Source: an uncultured Actinomycetes bacterium (lineage in GTDB: Bacteria > Actinomycetota > Thermoleophilia > UBA2241). From it: 34,657 nucleotides of DNA. Under the pieces are notes generated by a model. The model did not search any database. It saw only the letters and a program-made list of their open reading frames with translations, and had not been told where the DNA came from. Shown here piece by piece: positions 8,931 through 16,441 of this stretch. Positions within the stretch are counted from its first letter, which is position 1. Every line of letters begins with the position of its first letter. The DNA is taken from assembly GCA_963709345.1 (NCBI GenBank), contig CAVPVX010000009.1, positions 1-34,657 of the forward strand, given 5' to 3'. The translations under genes were made by a program, and so were the position numbers.

Positions 8931-9883
8931 GCGGCGGGGGCCCAGCGCCCGCCGCCGGTGTCGTCGCCCCGGGCGCCCAGCCTACCGAGCGCCTCCGGGG
9001 CTACGTCGAGGTCGGTCTCGCCAGCCTGGCGAACGGGTCCATCGGCGTCATGGTCACCTACGCCGACATGCCGGCCACGATGCTCCTCTGCCTGCGCATG
9101 GTCATCGCCGCCGCCGTCCTCGGCGTCGTCGTCCTCGCCGGCGGCAGCTGGCGTGATCTGCGCACGCCGGGCGCGCCCCTTCGCGTGCTCGGCATCAGCA
9201 TCGCGCTGTCGCTGAACCTCATCTCCTACTTCCTCGCCATCCGCTACACGGGCGTCGCCGTCGCGATCTTCCTGAGCTACCTGGCGCCGGTGTACCTGGC
9301 GTTCGTCGCGCCGCTGATCCTCAAGGAACGGACGGAGCGCGTGGTCTTCGTCGCGCTCGCGATCGGTCTGGCCGGCATGGCCCTCATCCTCGTGCCGGGC
9401 CTCGTGCTGGAGGGCGTCGAGCTCTCGGCCAAGGGCCTCTTCTTCGGCTGGCTGTCGGGAGCCGCCTACGCCGTCTACCTGCTCTTCGCCAAGAGTCTGC
9501 GCGGCCTGAACGTGCGCAGCACGGCGGTGGTGTTCACGCAGAGCGCCTTCACCGCCGCCGTGATGCTCGTTCCCGGCCTCCTCGCCGTGAGCGCGGCGCA
9601 GTACGAGTACACGGGGGTGGACCTCCTCATGGCGGCGCTTCTCGGGCTCGTAACGACCGCCTTCAGCTTCAGTCTCTTCATGGACGGCCTGCACTACATC
9701 CGCGTGCAGCACGCCAGCATCATGGCGTACATCGAGCCGGTGAGCGCTCCGCTGTACGCGCTCGCCTTTCTCGGCCAGGTGCCGAGCGGATGGACGATCG
9801 CCGGCGGGGCGCTGATCGTCGCCGCGGGCATCCTCGTGGTGCTGTACGCTCGTGGAGAGCCCGAGCTGGAGCCGCTCGGATGA
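8927..9883 (+). CDS. EamA/DMT family transporter 2
   Basis: ATGA overlap with the previous gene, 'FLSYLAPVY', 'RVQHASIMAYIEPV'. Confidence 0.88.
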   Translation: MSGGGPAPAAGVVAPGAQPTERLRGYVEVGLASLANGSIGVMVTYADMPATMLLCLRMVIAAAVLGVVVLAGGSWRDLRTPGAPLRVLGISIALSLNLISYFLAIRYTGVAVAIFLSYLAPVYLAFVAPLILKERTERVVFVALAIGLAGMALILVPGLVLEGVELSAKGLFFGWLSGAAYAVYLLFAKSLRGLNVRSTAVVFTQSAFTAAVMLVPGLLAVSAAQYEYTGVDLLMAALLGLVTTAFSFSLFMDGLHYIRVQHASIMAYIEPVSAPLYALAFLGQVPSGWTIAGGALIVAAGILVVLYARGEPELEPLG

Positions 9884-10845
9884 GCGGCGACCGGCGGACC
9901 GGCGGCTCTCAGGCTCGAGGCGGAGCCGCTTCACCCGGCGCGGCCCAGCGCCGCGACCCGCTCGGCTACGGCCTCGTCGTCGGCGCGTATCTGCTCTTCG
10001 GTATCAGCGCGACGCTGGTCACCTGGGCCGACGCCCCCGAGAGCATCCTCCTCGTCATCCGCTTCGCGCTCGCGGCGGTCCTGCTTCTACTCGTCTTCTC
10101 CCGCCGCCGGCCACTCCGGGGCATGCTGCGGCCCGGCCGGTGGCAGCGGCTCCTCCTCATGGGCGCTCTCGACGCGTTCACGATGATCGCCTACTTCTTC
10201 GCCGTGCGTACCATCGGCGTGGCCATCGCCACCTTCTTCCTCTTCCTGCAGCCGGTGTGGGTGGCGTTCATCGCCCCCCGCTTTCTGCACGCGTCGACCG
10301 AGCGCATCGTCTACGTGGCGCTGGCGATCGCCGTGGGCGGCATGGCCATCATCCTCTGGCCCACGTTCACCGGCGACGCGGTGGGTCTCTCCGTGCTCGG
10401 GCTCGCGGCAGGGCTCGCGGCGGGGTGGGCTTTCGCCTTCTTCCAGATGATCGTCAAGGGGCTGACGCGCGAGGTCTCGAGCATCACGATGGTCACTGCT
10501 GAGTGCGCGCTCGACGCCCTGTTCATCCTGCCGCTCGCCCTCTGGCAGCTTGCCGGCTGGGGACAGGGCCTCACCGCGCGAGATTGGGTCGCCGCCGTGG
10601 TCATGGGCCTGGTGGCCACGGCGCTTGGTTACACGATGTGGATGGAAGGCGTGGCGCGGATCCGCGTGCAGCACAGCTCGATCCTCGGACTGCTCACGCC
10701 GGTCGCCGCGCCGGTCTACGCACTCGTCTTCCTCGGACAGGGCATCGGCCCGTGGACGGTCGTCGGCGGGGCGCTGATCCTGTTTGCCGGCGCGCTGGTC
10801 GTCGTGTTCGGCGCCGGCGACGCGGAGCTTGAGGCGCCGCTGTGA
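9880..10845 (+). CDS. EamA/DMT family transporter 3
   Basis: ATGA overlap, 'FFLFLQPVW', 'RVQHSSILGLLTPV'. Confidence 0.88.
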   Translation: MSGDRRTGGSQARGGAASPGAAQRRDPLGYGLVVGAYLLFGISATLVTWADAPESILLVIRFALAAVLLLLVFSRRRPLRGMLRPGRWQRLLLMGALDAFTMIAYFFAVRTIGVAIATFFLFLQPVWVAFIAPRFLHASTERIVYVALAIAVGGMAIILWPTFTGDAVGLSVLGLAAGLAAGWAFAFFQMIVKGLTREVSSITMVTAECALDALFILPLALWQLAGWGQGLTARDWVAAVVMGLVATALGYTMWMEGVARIRVQHSSILGLLTPVAAPVYALVFLGQGIGPWTVVGGALILFAGALVVVFGAGDAELEAPL

Positions 10846-11831
10846 GCGGCGGCCGGCAGAGCGCCGCCGCCGCGCCGCCGGCTACCCGGGGCCAGGTCGT
10901 GACCGGACGTCGGCGTCGCGACCCTCTCGGGTACGTCATCGTCCTGATCTCGTACCTGGGCATGGCCGGCAGCGCCCCGTTGGTCGCCTGGGCGGACGCG
11001 CCCGAGGCGATCATCCTCTGCCTGCGCATGGCGTTCGCGGCGCTCGCCCTCGGCGCCGTGTTCCTGCGGCGCCCGATGATCGCCGACTGGCGCCGCCCGG
11101 GCGCCGCCTGGCGTCTCGTCCTCATGGTGGCGATGTCGTCGGTCACGCTGCTGCTCTTCTTCTACGCCGTGCGCCACACCAGCGTCGCCATCGCCATGTT
11201 CCTCCTCTTCCTCATGCCGGTCTGGGTAGCGCTCGCGGCGCCTCGGATCTTCAAGTCGCCGCGCGAGCCTGTCGTGTGGCCGGCGCTCGGCCTTGCCCTG
11301 GCCGGCCTTGCGGTCATCCTCCTCCCCGACCTGCTCGGCGAGGGCATCGAGCTCTCGGTCGCCGGCCTGCTCGCGGCGCTGTTCACCGGCTTCGGCTATG
11401 CGACCTATGCGGTCTCGGTGAAGGGGCTGACGAAGATCGTCGCGCCGTCGACGATCTCGACGGCCGAGGCCGCCGGCGACACCCTCCTGGTGCTCCCGCT
11501 CGCGATCTGGCAGTTCACGAGCACCGGATATCAGCTCGACCAGCGCGCCTGGGTGGCCGCCATCATCATGGGCGTCCTCTGCACGGCGATCCCGTACACT
11601 CTCTGGATCGAGGGCACGCGCCGCGTCCGCGTGGAGCACGTCACGATCCTCGGCTACGTCGAGCCAGTGGCCGGGCCTCTGTACGCGGTGTTCCTCGTCG
11701 GGCAGCTGCCCGGGCTCTGGACGTGGGTCGGCGGAGCGATGATCCTCGGCGCCGGGCTCCTCGTCGTCGTGTTCGGCCGAGGCGAGGGCGAAGCCTCGGT
11801 CGCCGCGGCCGCCGAGCCGGGCCCGCTGTGA
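10842..11831 (+). CDS. EamA/DMT family transporter 4
   Basis: GTGA overlap, 'FLLFLMPVW', 'RVEHVTILGYVEPV'. Confidence 0.88.
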   Translation: MSGGRQSAAAAPPATRGQVVTGRRRRDPLGYVIVLISYLGMAGSAPLVAWADAPEAIILCLRMAFAALALGAVFLRRPMIADWRRPGAAWRLVLMVAMSSVTLLLFFYAVRHTSVAIAMFLLFLMPVWVALAAPRIFKSPREPVVWPALGLALAGLAVILLPDLLGEGIELSVAGLLAALFTGFGYATYAVSVKGLTKIVAPSTISTAEAAGDTLLVLPLAIWQFTSTGYQLDQRAWVAAIIMGVLCTAIPYTLWIEGTRRVRVEHVTILGYVEPVAGPLYAVFLVGQLPGLWTWVGGAMILGAGLLVVVFGRGEGEASVAAAAEPGPL

Positions 11832-11862
11832 TGGCGGCTGCCCTCTCGCTTGAGGCCGCTCC

Positions 11863-12774
11863 ATGAGCCGCGCCACTCGCGGCTACCTCCTGGTCGCCGG
11901 GTCGTTCCTCATCATGGGCCTTATCGGTGCGCTCGTGGAGTGGGCGACGGCGCCGGAGAGCGCGCTGCTCGTGCTCCGCTTCGCGACGGCGGGGCTCGTA
12001 CTCGGCGTGGTCTTCGCGCGCCGCCGGCCGCTGGCGGGAGCGGCCCGGCGCTCCGTCTGGCCGCGCCTCCTCCTGATGGCGGCCGTCGACGCCTTGACGC
12101 TCCTGCTCTTCTTCGTCGCCATACGCGGCACGAGCGTCGCGATCGGCATGTTCCTGCAGTTCCTCGCGCCGGTCTGGGTGGCGCTCATCGCGCCGCGCAT
12201 CTTCCGCGTCCGGACCGAGGCCATCGTGTACCCGGCGCTCGCGGTCGCCCTCGCCGGGCTCGCCGTGATCCTGGCGCCGTCGCTGCTCGGCGAGGGCGTC
12301 AAACTCTCGCCGTGGGGGGTGACGGCGGGTCTGCTCGCAGGCCTCGGCTACGCGGCGTTCCAGCTCGTGGTCAAGGACCTGACCAAGCGCGTCTCGGCCG
12401 TGACGATCGTCTTCACCGAGGCTTGGCTCGACGCCCTCATCTTGCTGCCGCTGGCGCTCTGGCAGACGGTCGGCGCCGGCTACCACCTGACCACGCGCGA
12501 CCTCGTCTCCGGGCTCGTCCTCGGCGTGCTCTGCACGGCGCTCGCCTACCTCATGTGGACCTACGGGGTGGGGATGATCAAGGTGCAGCACAGTTCCATC
12601 CTCGGCTACCTCGAGCCGGTCTCCGCGCCGCTGTACGCGCTGCTTCTGCTCGGCCAGGGCATCTCCGTGTGGACGGTGCTCGGCGGGGCCCTGATCGTGG
12701 TCGCCGGCCTGCTGGTGGTGCTGCTCGGCGAGCACGAGGAGGAGGGCGTGACGTCCTTGGAGCCGGCGCCGTGA
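11863..12774 (+). CDS. EamA/DMT family transporter 5
   Basis: 303 aa, 'FLQFLAPVW', 'KVQHSSILGYLEPV'. Confidence 0.88.
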   Translation: MSRATRGYLLVAGSFLIMGLIGALVEWATAPESALLVLRFATAGLVLGVVFARRRPLAGAARRSVWPRLLLMAAVDALTLLLFFVAIRGTSVAIGMFLQFLAPVWVALIAPRIFRVRTEAIVYPALAVALAGLAVILAPSLLGEGVKLSPWGVTAGLLAGLGYAAFQLVVKDLTKRVSAVTIVFTEAWLDALILLPLALWQTVGAGYHLTTRDLVSGLVLGVLCTALAYLMWTYGVGMIKVQHSSILGYLEPVSAPLYALLLLGQGISVWTVLGGALIVVAGLLVVLLGEHEEEGVTSLEPAP

Positions 12775-13712
12775 GTGGACACTCGCAGCGCCTCAGGGGC
12801 TACGCCATGGTCGGCGGCTCGGCCGTCATGTTCGGCGCCACGGGGGCGTGGGTCGGCATGACCGACCTCCCGGCCAGCACGGTGCTCTGCATGCGCATGG
12901 CGCTGGCCGCCGTCATGGTCGCGCTTCTCGGCGGGGCGAGGCGGTGGGTGCGGCAGTCGCGCCGCCCCGGCGTGTCGCGTCGCCTGCTCGCGCTCGGTCT
13001 CGTCGACGCCCTGCAGCTCTACACGTTCATGCTTGCGCTGCGCCATCTCGACGTGGCGCTGGCGGTGTTCCTCTCGTACATGTCGCCCATCTACATCGCG
13101 CTGGTCGCACCGCGCCTGCTCAGGCAGCGCACCGAGTCGGTCGTCGCCGTCGCGCTGGTGCTTGCCGTGTCGGGCATCGTCGTCATGGTGGCTCCCGGGC
13201 TCATGGACCCCTCGTTGCGCGTGTCGACCCTCGGGGTGGCGCTGGGCCTGGCTTCCGGGCTGCTCCTCGCGGTCTTCTTCCTGATCGCCAAGACGCTCAG
13301 CGCGGACGTCGACGGCAGCACCATGCTCATCTCGAACGGTGTGATCGTGGCTGCCGTCATGCTGCCGGTCGGTCTGATCCAGTGGGCCGGAGTCGGCTTC
13401 GCGTTCGCGCTGACGGACTTCTGGGCGGTGCTGGCGCTGGCCGTCTTCAGCACCGCTCTGGGCGGCACCGTCTTCCTGCACGGCATGCGGTACATCCCGG
13501 TGCAACACACCTCCATCGTCGGGCTCCTCGAGCCGGCGAGTGCACCGGTCTTCGCGCTCGTCCTCCTGGCCGAGAAGCCGGTGTTCTGGACGTTGCTGGG
13601 TGGCGCCCTGATCCTCGGCGGCGCCGTGCTGGTGGTGCTGTTCGGCGCCACCGAGGAGGGTCTTGCCGGATCACCGGAGGAAGTGGTGGGCGAGGCGGGG
13701 GCCTCTCGGTGA
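12771..13712 (+). CDS. EamA/DMT family transporter 6
   Basis: GTGA overlap at 12771 (C-terminal half of the 620-aa track ORF), 'FLSYMSPIY', 'PVQHTSIVGLLEPA'. Confidence 0.87.
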   Translation: MSGHSQRLRGYAMVGGSAVMFGATGAWVGMTDLPASTVLCMRMALAAVMVALLGGARRWVRQSRRPGVSRRLLALGLVDALQLYTFMLALRHLDVALAVFLSYMSPIYIALVAPRLLRQRTESVVAVALVLAVSGIVVMVAPGLMDPSLRVSTLGVALGLASGLLLAVFFLIAKTLSADVDGSTMLISNGVIVAAVMLPVGLIQWAGVGFAFALTDFWAVLALAVFSTALGGTVFLHGMRYIPVQHTSIVGLLEPASAPVFALVLLAEKPVFWTLLGGALILGGAVLVVLFGATEEGLAGSPEEVVGEAGASR

Positions 13713-14079
13713 GTCGCCACCGGCGCGGCATCGGGAGGCCGGCGGCGTCAGGGAGTCCGGACTGGACATCGTGGCGAGCCGCCGGGCGCAACTCTTCCTC
13801 CGCGTGCACGCGCGCGGGGTGCCAAGACGCGGCGTATCCGATACGCTCTTGACGCGGCCGGGGGCGTGTGCCGTCGCCGGCTCGCGGGCTCGAGACGACC
13901 GTCTTGGCGAGCCCGCCCGGCTCTGGAGGGAGCCCGGCATGACCATCCTCCTCATCTACAGCCGACTCTGGCCGGACCCGGGTTGAGACCGGGACGCGGC
14001 ATCCGCCTACTGTGAATCCTCAGGGGGGGCGATCCCGGACCGCCGCCCTCCTCGCCTCATCTGGCCGAAAGGAGCTCCG

Positions 14080-15348
14080 ATGACCAAACCCGTTCAGAGC
14101 GCTCCCAAGCTCGATCTCACCAAGTCCATGAGCATGCTCGAGGATGCTCAGCGCCTCACTCCCGGCGGCGTCGGCGGCATCCGCCGGGCCTACAACTTCG
14201 TGGTCGGCGAGTACCCCGTGTTCCTCACTCATGGCCACGGCGGCCACATCATCGATGTCGACGGCAACGAGTACATCGACATGCTTTGCGCTTACGGGCC
14301 GATCATCCTCGGCTACGTCGAGGACGAGATCAACGACGCCGCAAAGGCGCAGATGGACAAGGGCTTCTGCTTCAGCCTTGTGCAGCCGCTGCAGAACGAG
14401 CTCGAGCAGCGGCTTGCCGACATCATGCCGTGCGGCGAGCAAACGATCCTCGTCAAGACCGGCTCGGACGCGACCAACGCGGCCGTCCGCGCGATGCGCG
14501 CCTACACCGGCCGCGACAAGATCGCCCGCTGCGGCTACCACGGCTGGGGGGACTGGTGCGTGGAGCATCACGGCGGCGTGCCCAAGGCCGTGACCGACCT
14601 CACGGTCGAGTTCGAGTACGGCGACATCGCCCACCTCGAGCGTGTCTTCGCCGAGAACCCGGACGAGATCGGCGGCGTGGTCATCACCCCGGTCGGCCAT
14701 CCCATGGCCAAGCCGATCATCCCGCCGCCGGACGGCTATCTGCAGGCGGTCGTCGACCTCTGCCACGAGAACGGCACGGTCGTGACCTTCGACGAGGTCC
14801 GCACGGGATTCCGCGTCGCCATGGGCGGCGCCAGCGAGCGCTACGGCGTGGTGCCGGACCTCACGACGGTCGGCAAGGCGATGGCCAACGGCTACGCCAT
14901 CGCTGCGCTCGTCGGCAAGCGCGAGGTCATGAGCGTCTACGAGAAGGACGCCTTCCTCAGTTCCACGTACTTCCCCAACAGCCTTGAGATGGCGGCCAGT
15001 ATGAAGTGCCTGGACATCCTCGAGCGCGAGAAGGTGCCGGACGCGATCTGGGAGCGCGGGACGAAGTTCCTCGCGCGACTCGGCGAGATCGTCGACGCCT
15101 CCGGTGTGCCGGTGACCAGGAGCGGCATCCCGCCGATGCCGTTCCTCACATTCGATCACGCGGACGACCGCTACAAGGAGCGGCGGACGGAGTTCTACAC
15201 GCAGTGCATCCGCCGCGGGCTCTTCGTGCAGCCGTACCACCACTGGTACATCTGCTACCGCCATACCGAGCAGGACCTCGACCGCGCGCTCGAGGTGGTC
15301 GAGGAGAGTCTTGCCTACGTGGCCCAGGAGTACCCTGTCGGCAAGTAG
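14080..15348 (+). CDS. Class III PLP aminotransferase, HemL-like; probable 3-aminobutyryl-CoA (beta-amino) aminotransferase, Kat-like
   Basis: 'DVDGNEYID', 'KTGSDAT', 'GYHG', 'FDEVRTGFR', PLP Lys in 'TVGKAMANG'. Directly upstream of kce. AAAGGAG RBS. The family is secure; the substrate is inferred from context. Confidence 0.75.
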   Translation: MTKPVQSAPKLDLTKSMSMLEDAQRLTPGGVGGIRRAYNFVVGEYPVFLTHGHGGHIIDVDGNEYIDMLCAYGPIILGYVEDEINDAAKAQMDKGFCFSLVQPLQNELEQRLADIMPCGEQTILVKTGSDATNAAVRAMRAYTGRDKIARCGYHGWGDWCVEHHGGVPKAVTDLTVEFEYGDIAHLERVFAENPDEIGGVVITPVGHPMAKPIIPPPDGYLQAVVDLCHENGTVVTFDEVRTGFRVAMGGASERYGVVPDLTTVGKAMANGYAIAALVGKREVMSVYEKDAFLSSTYFPNSLEMAASMKCLDILEREKVPDAIWERGTKFLARLGEIVDASGVPVTRSGIPPMPFLTFDHADDRYKERRTEFYTQCIRRGLFVQPYHHWYICYRHTEQDLDRALEVVEESLAYVAQEYPVGK

Positions 15349-15375
15349 CCGCCCGCGACGGATCGAGGAGGCCGG

Positions 15376-16203
15376 ATGGACAAGCTCATCATCACCGTCG
15401 CCGGTGTCGGCGCTGAGACGACGAAGGAGGCGCAGCCGGGACTGCCGGTCACGGCTGCGGAGATAGGCGCCGACGCGGCGCGCTGCCGTGAGGCCGGCGC
15501 CGCGATGTACCACCTGCACGTACGCGACGCCGAGGCCAACCCGACGCAGGCCAAGGAGGTCTTCGCGGCCGCGATCGAGGCGATCCGCGAGCGCACGGAC
15601 ATCATCATCCAGACGAGCACCGGCGGCGCCATGGGCATGACCGCCGACGAGCGGCTGCAGCCGCTCGAGCTCGGCCCGGAGATGGCGTCACTCACGACCG
15701 GCACCGCCAACTTCGGCGACGACGTGTTCTTCAACGACACGGCGCTGATGACGGAGTTCTACACGCGCATGCAGAAGAAGCGTGTGCGGCCCGAGTTCGA
15801 GATCTTCGAGGCCGGGCAGATCGACAACGCGCTCAAGCTGGTGAAGAGCCACGGTCCGGCCGGCCCTCTCATGCACTGGGACTTCGTGCTCGGCGTGCCC
15901 GGCAGCATGAGCGGCGAGCCGCGCAACCTCGTCTTTCTCGTGGACAGGGTTCCCGAGGGCAGCACCTGGACGTGCACCGGCATCGGCCGCTGGCACATGC
16001 CGGTCGCAATGACGGCGCTCGCGCTGGGCGGCAACGTGCGCCTCGGCTTTGAGGACAACGTCTTCTACCACAAGGGAGTCCTCGCCAAGGAGAACGCCGA
16101 GCTCGTCGGCCGCGTCGCGCGGATCTCGCGCGAGTGGGGGCGCGAGCCGGCGAGCCCCGACGAGGCGCGGAAGATCCTCAAGCTGGGCGAATACGCGGGC
16201 TGA
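15376..16203 (+). CDS. kce: 3-keto-5-aminohexanoate cleavage enzyme (BKACE/DUF849)
   Basis: 'KLIITVAGVGAE', Zn-binding 'HLHVRD', 'QTSTGG', 'PEFEIFE', 'NVRLGFEDN'. GAGGAG RBS. Confidence 0.9.
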   Translation: MDKLIITVAGVGAETTKEAQPGLPVTAAEIGADAARCREAGAAMYHLHVRDAEANPTQAKEVFAAAIEAIRERTDIIIQTSTGGAMGMTADERLQPLELGPEMASLTTGTANFGDDVFFNDTALMTEFYTRMQKKRVRPEFEIFEAGQIDNALKLVKSHGPAGPLMHWDFVLGVPGSMSGEPRNLVFLVDRVPEGSTWTCTGIGRWHMPVAMTALALGGNVRLGFEDNVFYHKGVLAKENAELVGRVARISREWGREPASPDEARKILKLGEYAG

Positions 16204-16213
16204 GGCGGAGGAT

Positions 16214-16288
16214 CCGGGCGGGCGCGCCTCCGGCGGCCCGCCCGGCTCTCACCGCGGGGCGAGGCGGCTCTTTCGGCCGCTTCGCCTC
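16214..16288 (+). terminator. Tandem GC-rich hairpins downstream of kce (likely terminator)
   Basis: CCGGGCGGGC...GCCCGCCCGG (16214-16245) followed by GGCGAGGCGGC...GCCGCTTCGCC. No clear U-tract. Confidence 0.5.
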
Positions 16289-16441
16289 CTCCACATGGAC
16301 ATTTGTACCCCTCAAGCAACCCCGCGTCCGTGTCGACAGGGGGGCTGTAGGCATGGCGAGCGGCGGCCGTGTCGGGGGCACCCTGGCGGGCATACACTAA
16401 GGGGCGCGCTTTGACGCGGCCGTGTCGAGCGGGGGAGCGGG

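Noticed and set aside
11850-12770. 620-aa ORF 11850-13712 as one fused protein
   Set aside because: The first half is an Arg-rich alternative frame overlapping EamA 5. The real gene starts at GTG 12771.
14080-15348. Glutamate-1-semialdehyde aminomutase (hemL)
   Set aside because: The N-terminal motif is 'PGGVGGIRR' rather than HemL 'PGGVNSPVR', there is no hem context, and it is adjacent to kce.
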